Below, in pieces: positions 40,322-49,556 of a stretch of DNA of 64,000 bases. The notes beneath the pieces were generated by a model that saw nothing but the letters and a program-made list of their open reading frames with translations, was not told the DNA's origin and ran no database searches. The DNA is from Acidimicrobiia bacterium (GTDB lineage: Bacteria; Actinomycetota; Acidimicrobiia; Acidimicrobiales; Bin134). The stretch is taken from contig JAJDUJ010000022.1 in the NCBI GenBank assembly GCA_022826705.1, forward strand, positions 44,989 to 108,988. Reading direction: 5' to 3'. Each line of letters opens with the position of its first letter. The stretch's first letter is position 1. The translations under genes and the position numbers were made by a program.

Positions 40322-42121
40322 TCAAGCCACCCAGGAAACATGCTCGGGTAGGTTGGTTGTCCAATCCCAGCACACAGCGATGTTCTCGGAATTGAGCCCA
40401 CATGAGTGAAATCCGCCAGCGCTAATCGCAATGAACTCCCCGTCGGGTGCACCCAACTGGCCAGCGACGTTGTTTCCCCAACAGACGATGCCGCCACCGG
40501 ATTTGATCCCGCACGAATGGAAGTAACCGGCCGAGATGGCAGTGAACGCCCCTTCAGGCGCAGTCAACTGCTCAGAGCCATTGTCGCCCCAGCACACCAC
40601 GGTCCTGTCAGATCGAATCCCGCACGAATGCCCAGGTCCTGCATCAATCTCGGTGAACTCTCCTTCAGGCGCAGTCAACAGACCAGAGTCGTTGTCGCCC
40701 CAGCACACCACGGTGCCCTCAATCCGAATCCCGCACGAATGGGTGTCGCCAGTCGCTACTGCACCGAATTGCCCATCTGGCGCCGCAGATTGACCAAAAT
40801 CACTGCTGCCCCAACAATCAACTGTGCCCTCAATCCGAATCCCGCACGAATGCCTGACGCCAGCAGCAACCGCGCTGAATTGCCCATCTGGCGCCGCAGA
40901 TTGACCAAAATCATTCCTGCCCCAACAATCAACTGTGCCCTCAATCCGAATCCCGCATGTGTGGTAGCCGCCAGCAGCAGCAGAAGTGAATTGCCCGCCA
41001 GGTGATTTCAACTGGCCCAAGTCGTCATCGCCCCAGCAGAAAACACTGCGATCAGTCCTGACCCCGCAGGAATGCTCTCCGCCCGAAGTGATATCGGTGA
41101 AGGCCCCAACGGGCCGATCAGGCCCACCGTAATAGCGCGCCCACCCCCAGCAGGTGATGGTGCCATCAACCGCGACCCCACACGAATGGCCGGTACCGGC
41201 ATCTATAGAGCTGAACACTCCGCTGGGTGGTTCTACCAGGCCATAGTCGTTGCGACCCCAGCAGACAATTGCCCCATCGGTTCTAACCCCACAGGAGTGC
41301 TCATTGCCAGAAGCGACAGCGGCGAACTGCCCACTCGGACCATCTAACTCGTTTCCGCTGAGTGCTCCCCAACAACTGATCGTGCTATCGGTCTTGATTC
41401 CGCAAGAATGGTGGAAACCTGCAGAAATGGCGACGAATGTCCCGGCTGGTGCATCAAGCTCCCCTGGAAAGATATTTCCCCAGCAGGCGAGGTTGCCGTC
41501 GACCTCAATTCCGCACGAATGTGCATCCCCGACGGAAACGGCAGTGAAGCGGCCAACGGGCGCTTCCACCCTGCCGGGGTACCCTTCTCCCCAGCAGGTC
41601 ACCGTGCTATCCGACCTGATGCCGCACGACCTGCTTCCTCCACTAGCTATGGCGGCGAACTGCCCCTCCGGTGCATCCAACTGGCCTTCGCCGTTGTTTC
41701 CCCAACATGCGACCGTGGCCTCAGATCCAATTGCGCATGTATGGAAATCGCCAGCGGCAATTGAGGTGAACTGGCCGCTCGGCGCGTCTAGCGCTTCGTC
41801 GAAGTTGTAGCCCCAGCATGAGATAGTGCCATCGGTCTTGATCCCGCAGGAATGCCAGAGTCCAACCGCAACAGAGGTAAATCCGATGCTCGGGGTTTGG
41901 GTGGCACTGATCGTCGACTCGGCAGAGTCAGTCGGGGTTTGGGTGGCACTGATCGTCGACTCGGCAGAGTCAGTCGGGGTTTGGGTTGGAGATCCGACCT
42001 GACAACTTGCCAGAACCAATACAACTGCGGCAGTTCCGGCCACGGCACCCACAATCCATTCCAGTAGGACACGTCGCACTCGGAGCCCGGGTGGGATCAC
42101 GGCATAAAACCCTAGTTTCAA
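40322..42121 (-). CDS. RCC1-repeat (beta-propeller) lipoprotein, 14 repeats
   Basis: 14 copies of about 37 aa: G.F..I.AG..HSCGI..DGT..CWG.N..GQL.AP. The N-terminus has a hydrophobic anchor with lipobox VLVLASC and a duplicated TQTPTDSAESTISA linker. Confidence 0.8.
   Translation of the reverse strand: MKLGFYAVIPPGLRVRRVLLEWIVGAVAGTAAVVLVLASCQVGSPTQTPTDSAESTISATQTPTDSAESTISATQTPSIGFTSVAVGLWHSCGIKTDGTISCWGYNFDEALDAPSGQFTSIAAGDFHTCAIGSEATVACWGNNGEGQLDAPEGQFAAIASGGSRSCGIRSDSTVTCWGEGYPGRVEAPVGRFTAVSVGDAHSCGIEVDGNLACWGNIFPGELDAPAGTFVAISAGFHHSCGIKTDSTISCWGALSGNELDGPSGQFAAVASGNEHSCGVRTDGAIVCWGRNDYGLVEPPSGVFSSIDAGTGHSCGVAVDGTITCWGWARYYGGPDRPVGAFTDITSGGEHSCGVRTDRSVFCWGDDDLGQLKSPGGQFTSAAAGGYHTCGIRIEGTVDCWGRNDFGQSAAPDGQFSAVAAGVRHSCGIRIEGTVDCWGSSDFGQSAAPDGQFGAVATGDTHSCGIRIEGTVVCWGDNDSGLLTAPEGEFTEIDAGPGHSCGIRSDRTVVCWGDNGSEQLTAPEGAFTAISAGYFHSCGIKSGGGIVCWGNNVAGQLGAPDGEFIAISAGGFHSCGLNSENIAVCWDWTTNLPEHVSWVA
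40766..40957. repeat. near-identical 81-nt duplication inside the RCC1 gene (period 111 nt)
   Basis: 40766-40846 and 40877-40957 differ at 2 of 81 positions. They encode adjacent CGIRIEGTVDCWG...SAAPDGQF blades. Confidence 0.85.
41891..41986. repeat. 42-bp perfect tandem repeat, 2.3 copies
   Basis: CGGGGTTTGGGTGGCACTGATCGTCGACTCGGCAGAGTCAGT at 41891-41932 and 41933-41974, with a partial third copy to 41986. It encodes the TQTPTDSAESTISA linker repeats. Confidence 0.9.
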
Positions 42122-42143
42122 CCTGCTAGAGGTGGGGGGCGAC

Positions 42144-42443
42144 CTACCCGGACGGTTGGATGTGGGCTTCTACTCGGTTGGCGGGCTCGTCGATCCAGCC
42201 TTTGGAGTTGGCGTAGGCCAGCATGCCGTCGAACTGAGACTCCCACTCGGCGTCGGCCGCGTCGCCGGCTAGTTCTCGCACGAAGGCGATGTCGATCCAC
42301 AGGTGGTTGTCTCGTTCTGAGGCTGCGGCCCGGCCATCGAATGCGGCCACTGCGGCGGCCACGTCGCCGTCCATTGACACATGGAACTCCCGGAAGTTGC
42401 CCGGATCCTCGAGGGTGATGGTGTCGGCGATGGCGATGTACAT
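42144..42443 (-). CDS. hypothetical acidic protein (99 aa)
   Basis: The ORF lies 4 nt downstream of the MFS gene on the same strand. No motif is recognised. Confidence 0.4.
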   Translation of the reverse strand: MYIAIADTITLEDPGNFREFHVSMDGDVAAAVAAFDGRAAASERDNHLWIDIAFVRELAGDAADAEWESQFDGMLAYANSKGWIDEPANRVEAHIQPSG

Positions 42444-42447
42444 GCCC

Positions 42448-43839
42448 TCAGCCTTGCGCTTGGCGGGGACGGGTGTCGATCCGAGCGCTGAAGGGGAGCG
42501 ACACCACCGCGGTGATGATCACCATGCCCATGAGCAGGTCGATGGCCTGCGACGCTGAGGCCGCGGTGGTGGCGAACGTGAGCCCGAGGGCCACACCGAT
42601 GGTGGTGGCCACCCGCTGGGAGGTGAAGTTGATTCCCGAGGCCAAGGAGTGCTGGTCGGGGGGCACGTCCACCACTGCGGCAGCCATCAACGAGGGGAAC
42701 ACCATGCCGGTGGCCACCCCGATCACGGTCATGCCCGCCACGAACACCGCAGCGTTGGGCTCATCGCCCAACAACACCCACAACATGATGGTGCCGCCCA
42801 CATAGATTGCGGTGCCGGGCAGGATGAACATGCGATGGCCGGTGCGGTGCGCCACCCGGCCGATGAGCACCCCGACCACCCCGGCGAACAATGCCAGCGG
42901 CGCCACCGCGAAGCCGCCCTCAATGGGAGTCCACCCCCAAGATCGGATGACGATCACGGTGAAGCCAAAGAACATGCCGAACCACGACGATGCGAAAACC
43001 AGCATGGCCAGGTTGCTCCGGCGGACATTGGGGAAGCGGAACAGCCGCAGCTCCACCAGCGGGTTGGGGTGGTGCCACGTCCGCAGCACGAACAGCCCGA
43101 ACACCACCAGGCCGCCGACGATGCTGCCCACCACCTTCCAGTCCAGCCACCCCCACGGATCGCTTTGCACAATTCCCAGGGTGACCAAGGCGGTGGCCCC
43201 AGCCACCATAACTCCACCGAGGGGGTCGGGCAGCGCCTTGGTTTCGCCGCTGCGGGACTCCCGGTACACCAGCGGCACCACGATCAAAACAACGAAGCAG
43301 AAGGGGATGTTCAGCCAGAACATCCACTCCCACCCAAACCACTCGATGGCCAAGCCCCCCACCGGAGGGCCGATCGCCGACGAAGTGCCGCCCGCCACCG
43401 CCCAGATGCCAACGGCCAACGGCAGCCGGTTGGCGGGGATCGTGGCCAACAGCAGCGCCACCGCGGCGGTGTTGATGATCGAGGAGGCCACCGCCAGCAC
43501 CGCCCGAGCCCCGATCAGCACCGCCACCGAGGGGGCCAGCCCGCCCAGCACCGATCCAGCCAAGAACAGCAGCGTCCCGATCAGCAGCATCCGCCGACGG
43601 CCCAGCCGGTCGGCCAGCACTCCGGCGGGGACCAGGGTGGCTGCCCCCACAATGGTGAAGATGTTGGTCACCCACGACAGGGTCGGGTCGGAGGTGCCGG
43701 GAAACGCCTCGCCGAGGGCCGGGTAGCCCACCGTCATGATCGACAGGCCTATGCCGGTGAGGGAGGCCGCGATCACCAGCGTGGTCAGGCCAATCGCCGG
43801 ATGCCCGGTGACCGGTTGGGGCACCGCTGCTGCGGTCAC
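42448..43839 (-). CDS. MFS transporter (14-TMS DHA2/EmrB-like)
   Basis: GVLADRLGRRRMLLIG MFS loop motif and about 14 hydrophobic segments. GTG start 43839. Confidence 0.85.
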   Translation of the reverse strand: MTAAAVPQPVTGHPAIGLTTLVIAASLTGIGLSIMTVGYPALGEAFPGTSDPTLSWVTNIFTIVGAATLVPAGVLADRLGRRRMLLIGTLLFLAGSVLGGLAPSVAVLIGARAVLAVASSIINTAAVALLLATIPANRLPLAVGIWAVAGGTSSAIGPPVGGLAIEWFGWEWMFWLNIPFCFVVLIVVPLVYRESRSGETKALPDPLGGVMVAGATALVTLGIVQSDPWGWLDWKVVGSIVGGLVVFGLFVLRTWHHPNPLVELRLFRFPNVRRSNLAMLVFASSWFGMFFGFTVIVIRSWGWTPIEGGFAVAPLALFAGVVGVLIGRVAHRTGHRMFILPGTAIYVGGTIMLWVLLGDEPNAAVFVAGMTVIGVATGMVFPSLMAAAVVDVPPDQHSLASGINFTSQRVATTIGVALGLTFATTAASASQAIDLLMGMVIITAVVSLPFSARIDTRPRQAQG

Positions 43840-43914
43840 CTAGCGTTTGTGGGCAGGAAGTTCGGCGTTGTTCTCCTGCGCACGAACGGCCACGCTAGAC
43901 GAGGAGCCGACGAG

Positions 43915-44763
43915 ATGAGCAGTAACGAAGAGGGTGGCAACGTGACCGAGGTCCTCGGCGGCGACATCCTGGTGGCCCAAGACGGTGGCGTGCGCACCCT
44001 CACCTTGAACCGCCCCGACGCCCACAACGCCATCACCCCCGACCAGCGGAACTTTCTGGCCGATGAGTTCGCCCGTATCAGCGAGGACTTGTCGGTTCGA
44101 GTCGTGATCTTCACCGCCAACGGCAAGGGGTTCTGCACCGGGGCCGACCTGCGGGTGGCCCGGCCCGAACGAGTGCAGCCGCCGGATGCTCCCGAACGGG
44201 CCATCATGGAGGTGGCCCGAGGCATCAAAGTCGGGGCTCAGAAGCTGATGTCGGCCATATTGGACTGCGAAAAGCCGGTGATCGCCGCCGTCAACGGGAC
44301 CGCCGCCGGGATGGGGGTACATATGGCGGTGGCCTGCGATCTGGTTATCGCGGCCGAGGGGGTGCGGTTCATCGAGGTATTCGTGCGCCGTGGCCTAGTC
44401 CCCGATGCCGGTGGGGTGTACTTGCTGCCCCGCCTGATCGGCCCCCAGAAGGCCAAGGAGCTGATGTTCTTCGGCGACGATGTGAGCGCAGCCGACGCCG
44501 CCGCCATGGGTCTGATCAATCGAGTGGTACCCCCCGACGAGTTGATGCCCGCGGCGCGCGCCTGGGCCGAGCGGTTGGCCGCCCAGCCCACCAAGAGCCT
44601 GACCATGAGCAAGCTGCTGGTGAACCGCAGCTTCGAGACCAGCCGCCAGACCATGTTCGAGATGGAATCCTGGGCTCAAGAGGTGCTTATGGCCGGCGAG
44701 GACGCCGACGAGGGGGTCAACGCCTTCAAGGAGCGGCGGGACCCGAACTGGAAGGGCTGGTAG
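43915..44763 (+). CDS. enoyl-CoA hydratase/isomerase family protein
   Basis: LTLNRPDAHNAIT...FCTGADL...AAVNGTAAGMG. ATG 43915 is preceded by GAGGAG. The 704-aa track ORF is an antisense extension over the MFS gene. Confidence 0.85.
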   Translation: MSSNEEGGNVTEVLGGDILVAQDGGVRTLTLNRPDAHNAITPDQRNFLADEFARISEDLSVRVVIFTANGKGFCTGADLRVARPERVQPPDAPERAIMEVARGIKVGAQKLMSAILDCEKPVIAAVNGTAAGMGVHMAVACDLVIAAEGVRFIEVFVRRGLVPDAGGVYLLPRLIGPQKAKELMFFGDDVSAADAAAMGLINRVVPPDELMPAARAWAERLAAQPTKSLTMSKLLVNRSFETSRQTMFEMESWAQEVLMAGEDADEGVNAFKERRDPNWKGW

Positions 44764-45900
44764 CTACCAAGCTCCGGCCAAACCGCGCCCGATAGCAGCC
44801 AGTTGGCGGCTACCGCCGCCGAAGGTGTTCTCCAGCTGCTTGACCCACAGGAAATAGCGGTGGACGGGATAGTCGATGTCGGCTCCCATGCCGCCGTGCA
44901 GGTGCTGGGTGGCGTGTACCACCCGCTGGCCGGCATCGGCCGACCACCATTTGGCCACCGCGGCAGCATCGGCGATCTCGGCCGCTGAGCGGTCCTCATC
45001 GATGAGCCACGCAGCCTGGAGCAGGGTGACCCGCATGCAATCGTTGTCGATGTAGCAGTCTGCCGCCCGCATGGCCACCCCCTGGTTGGTGGACAAGGGG
45101 CGTCCGAACTGCTCGCGCTGCGAAGTGTAGCCCGCAGCCATGGCGGTTGCCTCCTCGCAGCAGCCCAGCACCACCGCGGCCACCGCCACCTGGGCTCTGG
45201 CCAGCGTCCACTCCACGATTGATCGGCCGTCGGCCCCGCCCAACATTGCGTCATCGCCGACAACCACCGATCGCAGCGTGAGCTCGCCGTGAAGCTCTCG
45301 GTTTGTGGTCTCGCTCAGCGTTACCTCTACCCCTTCGGCGTCGAGGTCCACCACAAAGACCGCCAAGCCATCGCCGTCTCCAACGGTGCGAACAGGCACC
45401 ACTACGGCATCGGCCACCCCGGCGGCGGGAACCGCCGGTTTGGATCCATTCAGTTCCCAGGTCCCGTCTTCGCGGCGGGCCGCTGTCACCGACGGAGACA
45501 GCGCCTCGTTGGCCCCCCATTCCGAGAACGCCCCGGTGAGCACTGCCTGGCCGGATACAACCGCCCTCAGCCAGCGATCTCGCAGCGCGGTGGAGCCGAA
45601 TTCGGCGACAGGCATGGCCCCCAGCACCAACGTGGGCCACAGCGGGGCGGGGGCCACCCGGCGGCCCTGCTCTCGCAGCACCAATGCGGTCTCGACCATG
45701 CCGAGGCCGAGGCCGCCGTACTCCTCGCCAATCGACACTCCCAGCAGGTCAGAGGCAGCCAGGGCGGCCCACAGCTCCCGGTCGAAGCGGTCGGCGCTGC
45801 GCTCCACCTCGGCCACCCGGTCAGACCCCGCCGAACCGGTAAACACCTGTTCGGCCAGCGCGGCCACCGCCTCCTGCGACTCGCTGAAATCGAAGTTCAC
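44764..45900 (-). CDS. acyl-CoA dehydrogenase
   Basis: ACAD C-terminal pattern QHLHGGMGADIDYPVHRYF. GTG 45900 overlaps the upstream stop (GTGA). Confidence 0.85.
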   Translation of the reverse strand: MNFDFSESQEAVAALAEQVFTGSAGSDRVAEVERSADRFDRELWAALAASDLLGVSIGEEYGGLGLGMVETALVLREQGRRVAPAPLWPTLVLGAMPVAEFGSTALRDRWLRAVVSGQAVLTGAFSEWGANEALSPSVTAARREDGTWELNGSKPAVPAAGVADAVVVPVRTVGDGDGLAVFVVDLDAEGVEVTLSETTNRELHGELTLRSVVVGDDAMLGGADGRSIVEWTLARAQVAVAAVVLGCCEEATAMAAGYTSQREQFGRPLSTNQGVAMRAADCYIDNDCMRVTLLQAAWLIDEDRSAAEIADAAAVAKWWSADAGQRVVHATQHLHGGMGADIDYPVHRYFLWVKQLENTFGGGSRQLAAIGRGLAGAW

Positions 45901-47084
45901 CGTCGCCCGCCCCTGGTCATCTTCAGCCCGGTCCAGGCCACGATCTCTCGCTGGACTTCGTTAACACCGCCGCCGAAAGTGTTGATTTGGGCGGTACGGG
46001 CCGCAGCCTCCACCCGGCCGGCCAGCAGAGCGCCCGGACTGCCCTCCCGTAGGTGCGCACCCGCTCCCAGTACTCCCAAAAGCAGATGATAGATGTCGCT
46101 CACCGCCTCGGTGCCGTACACCTTCACCGCCGACGCCCGGGCCGGGGCCAGCGAATCGGCGGCCACCGCGGCGGCCATCTGCCAGTTGAGCAGCTTCATG
46201 GCCTCCAACTTTGCGTGGCACCGGGCTAGATCCATCTGCACCCACCCCTGGTCCAGCACCGCAGCCTCGGCCCCGTCGGAAGCCGGAGTGTCAGCCGCCC
46301 AGGCCACCACTTCGTCATAAAGCTGGAACGACAGCGCCCCCACCGCGGCCAGCCCCACTCGCTCGTGGTTGAGCTGGCTGGTGATGAGCTTCCACCCCTC
46401 GTTCTCGGCTCCCACCAGATTGGCGGCCGGCACCCGCACTTCGTCGTAGTAGGTGGCCGTGGTGGTGGAGTTGCCCACGGTGACGATCGGGGTATGGGAA
46501 AAACCGGGGCTGTCGGTGGGCACGATGATGATGGAGATGCCCTTGTGGTTTGGAGCGTCTGGGTTGGTCCGGCAGGCCAGCCAGATGTAATCGGCTTCGT
46601 TGGCCCCCGAGGTGAATATCTTCTGGCCGCTGATCACCCATTCGTCACCGTCTCGCACCGCCCGGGTGGTGAGCGACGCCAAGTCAGTGCCCGCCCCCGG
46701 CTCGCTATAGCCAATGGCGAACTGAATTTCACCGGCCAGAATGCCCGGCAGAAAGGCCGCCTTGTGCTCTTCGGAGCCTTGGGCCATGAGCGTCGGGCCC
46801 ACGGTGTTGAGGGTGACGAACGGCATCGGACAGCCCGACCGCTGGGCCTCGTCGAAGAAGATGAACTGGTCGATGGCCGATCGCCCCTGGCCGCCGTAGG
46901 CCTTGGGCCAGCCGATGCCCAGCATGCCGTCGCGCCCCAATTGGCGGAAGATCTCCAGCCGGACGGGGCTGGTTTCGTGAGCCCCCATGAGGGCCTCGCG
47001 GACCTCGTCGGTCATCAGGTCTGCGAAGTACGCCCTCAGCTCAGAGCTGAGAGCGCGCTGGTCGTCTGTGTAGTCGAGATGCAC
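45897..47084 (-). CDS. acyl-CoA dehydrogenase
   Basis: GWPKAYGGQG...YSEPGAGTDLASL...W.ISGQKIFTSGA motifs. GTG start 47084. Confidence 0.85.
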   Translation of the reverse strand: MHLDYTDDQRALSSELRAYFADLMTDEVREALMGAHETSPVRLEIFRQLGRDGMLGIGWPKAYGGQGRSAIDQFIFFDEAQRSGCPMPFVTLNTVGPTLMAQGSEEHKAAFLPGILAGEIQFAIGYSEPGAGTDLASLTTRAVRDGDEWVISGQKIFTSGANEADYIWLACRTNPDAPNHKGISIIIVPTDSPGFSHTPIVTVGNSTTTATYYDEVRVPAANLVGAENEGWKLITSQLNHERVGLAAVGALSFQLYDEVVAWAADTPASDGAEAAVLDQGWVQMDLARCHAKLEAMKLLNWQMAAAVAADSLAPARASAVKVYGTEAVSDIYHLLLGVLGAGAHLREGSPGALLAGRVEAAARTAQINTFGGGVNEVQREIVAWTGLKMTRGGRR

Positions 47085-47148
47085 CGAGCCGCGACGCTAC
47101 CAACGCCGGTGGTGCCGTACCGTTTTGGAAGGGGTTAGACGCAGCGAA

Positions 47149-47520
<372 letters not shown>

Positions 47521-47594
47521 CTATCAGGTCAATACAAACTAGGCAACAAATGGGAAAAACCCGGAAATTTTCTAAATATTGTGCTTTATGAGTC

Positions 47595-47608
47595 AGTACA
47601 TTAGTACA
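47595..47608 (+). promoter_or_regulatory. AGTACA-TT-AGTACA repeat with GTAC cores, candidate GntR operator
   Basis: 9 nt upstream of the GntR GTG start. GTAC-N4-GTAC fits the loose GT-Nx-AC logic of GntR sites. Confidence 0.3.
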
Positions 47609-47616
47609 ATGTCAGC

Positions 47617-48012
47617 GTGCGGATCTGGATAGACGAGAGCTCGCGAATCCCACCTTATGAGCAACTACGGGCCCAGCTCCGATTGATGGTGTCGTCGGGC
47701 CGGCTCAAGCCCCGTGAGCGGCTGCCGCCCATCCGGTCGCTGGCCGCACAGCTGGACCTGGCACCGGGAACAGTGGCTCGGGCCTATCGGGAACTGGAAT
47801 GGGAGGGAATCATGGAGGGCCGAGGCCGGGCCGGCACGTTCGTGGTCGATGAGCCCCCGGTGGCGTTCTCGGTGGTGGAACGACAACTGGCCGACGCCGC
47901 CGAGGCCTTTGCCGCCGAAGCCGATCGTCTGGGTGTGGGCCAACAAGCCGCCTTGTCTGCCTTGGAAACCACCTTTGCTTCCCGTACCGACCCCGATCTG
48001 GATTCCGGCTAA
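47617..48012 (+). CDS. GntR-family transcriptional regulator (short, YtrA-like)
   Basis: LPPIRSLAAQLDLAPGTVARAYRELEWEGIMEGRGRAGTFV winged-helix signature. 131 aa. Confidence 0.8.
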   Translation: MRIWIDESSRIPPYEQLRAQLRLMVSSGRLKPRERLPPIRSLAAQLDLAPGTVARAYRELEWEGIMEGRGRAGTFVVDEPPVAFSVVERQLADAAEAFAAEADRLGVGQQAALSALETTFASRTDPDLDSG

Positions 48013-48034
48013 CGCCCCCTCGACCAGGGTTCGC

Positions 48035-48838
48035 TCAGCCCAACACTACCGATGGGTCGGGCACCAGGTCGCGGGCTAGCCACTGGAACATCCGCCAGCC
48101 GTTGTCCTCCGAGAACAGCGAAGCCTCGACTTCTTTGGCCGCCTCCTCGCTGATGGCCTTGGCGTCAGGGGCCTTCACATGCACCTCGGCCACTCGTTCG
48201 GCGGCCACGAACCACCCCACCGCCTCGCCCGGTGACCGCCCTCCGGTGAGCAGCCCGTGGTTGCGGAGAATGCACACCCGGCTGGGACCCATGGCCTGGG
48301 CGATGGCCTCGCCGCCATCGACATCGTTCACCTCGAGGTTGTCGCCGTCGTAGAGCGATTGGTCGAACACGAAGGCACACGACTCCTGGCTGATAGGCCG
48401 AAACAGCTCAACGTTGGCCGACCACGGCGTGCCGTAGGGAGTGTGGGTGTGGGCCGCCGACGCCAGATCGGGGCGGGCATTCAAAATCGGCCAGTGGATG
48501 TGGTAGGCCGCGAAGTTGACCCCATTTTCGAGGGGCCCGGCCACACCCTGGCCGTCGGGGCCCACCAGGGTGAGGTTGTCAATGGTGGCATCACCAAAGC
48601 GGATGCCGTAGCCCAGCACCCAGAAGTGGTCGGTGAGAATCGGGTCACGCGCGGTGATGTGCCCGTCGCCAGTCTGTCCCCAGCGCATGGCGGCAAAAAT
48701 GCGATAGCCGATGGCCGCCTCCCATTTGCGGAGCAGGCGCAGCTCCTCAAGGTCGGTAACCACAGGAGGGGCGGCGTCATAGGTGACGCCCGGATACCGG
48801 TCCAGCACCAAGGCCATGGCCGAATGATACTTGCGCAA
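48035..48838 (-). CDS. class II aldolase/adducin-family protein
   Basis: GHITARDP...AAHTHTPYG...ILRNHGLLTGG motifs. Confidence 0.8.
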   Translation of the reverse strand: MRKYHSAMALVLDRYPGVTYDAAPPVVTDLEELRLLRKWEAAIGYRIFAAMRWGQTGDGHITARDPILTDHFWVLGYGIRFGDATIDNLTLVGPDGQGVAGPLENGVNFAAYHIHWPILNARPDLASAAHTHTPYGTPWSANVELFRPISQESCAFVFDQSLYDGDNLEVNDVDGGEAIAQAMGPSRVCILRNHGLLTGGRSPGEAVGWFVAAERVAEVHVKAPDAKAISEEAAKEVEASLFSEDNGWRMFQWLARDLVPDPSVVLG

Positions 48839-48878
48839 TGAGCGGATGAATACCCCTTGGACTGACTAGAACTGTGGC

Positions 48879-49535
48879 ATGGCCCAATTGAATCTGAGCG
48901 CTGACGAGGTGCTCACCACCACCCGAGCGGTGCGTCGGCGGTTGGATACGTCCCGGCCGGTGGCACCGGAGCTGATCAACGAGTGCCTGGAGATCGCGGT
49001 GCAGGCCCCCACCGGGTCGAACCGGCAGAACTGGCGGTTCATGGTGGTCACCGAGCCCGAACTCATCGCCGGACTGGCCGACCTGTACCGCCGAGCCGGC
49101 GAGGTGGCCGGCGACTACCTGGGGGTGCTCCCCCGGCTGGAAGTGCAGGACCCCGCCCAACTGGAGGCCACCAACGAGAAGATGTACGCCTCGGCCGGCC
49201 ACCTGTCCGAGCACCTCCACGAGGTGCCGGGAATGCTGATCCCGTGTTTGGCCGGGAGAGTGTGGGACCACCCACCGGTGACCGTGGCCTCCCATGTGGG
49301 GTCGGTCATCCAAGCGGCGTGGTCGTTCATGCTGGCCGCCCGGGAGCGGGGCATCGGCACCGTTTGGACCACCATCCACCTCTGCTACGAGCAAGAGGCG
49401 GCCGACCTGCTGGGCATCCCCTACGACGAGGTGATGCAGCTGGCCCTCATCCCCTTCGCCCACACCATCGGCACCGACTTCCGCCCCGCCCGCCGCGAGC
49501 CCCTCGAGCTCGTCACCCGCTGGAACCGCTGGTAG
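48879..49535 (+). CDS. nitroreductase-family protein
   Basis: TTRAVRRRLDTSRPV...EIAVQAPTGSNRQNWRFMVV. Confidence 0.8.
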   Translation: MAQLNLSADEVLTTTRAVRRRLDTSRPVAPELINECLEIAVQAPTGSNRQNWRFMVVTEPELIAGLADLYRRAGEVAGDYLGVLPRLEVQDPAQLEATNEKMYASAGHLSEHLHEVPGMLIPCLAGRVWDHPPVTVASHVGSVIQAAWSFMLAARERGIGTVWTTIHLCYEQEAADLLGIPYDEVMQLALIPFAHTIGTDFRPARREPLELVTRWNRW

Positions 49536-49556
49536 AAGAGGCAGAAGTCGACAGAC

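Noticed and set aside
40322-42121. Regularly spaced DNA repeats, considered as a possible CRISPR array.
   Set aside because: The period (111 nt) equals one RCC1 protein repeat. The repeats are in frame within a long ORF and the 'spacers' are themselves homologous. No cas genes are present.
43840-43898. Inverted repeat CTAGCGT (43840-43846) / ACGCTAG (43892-43898), with an inner GTTCG...CGAAC, in the MFS/ECH divergent region, considered as an operator.
   Set aside because: The arms are about 45 nt apart, no adjacent regulator gene is present, and the outer arm overlaps the MFS start region. There is not enough support for a regulatory call.
42649-43914. The 5' two-thirds of the 704-aa + strand ORF, considered as a possible large fusion protein.
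   Set aside because: This part is antisense to a well-formed 14-TMS MFS transporter and is His/Gly/Arg/Pro-rich. The enoyl-CoA hydratase homology starts only at ATG 43915, which has its own GAGGAG SD.
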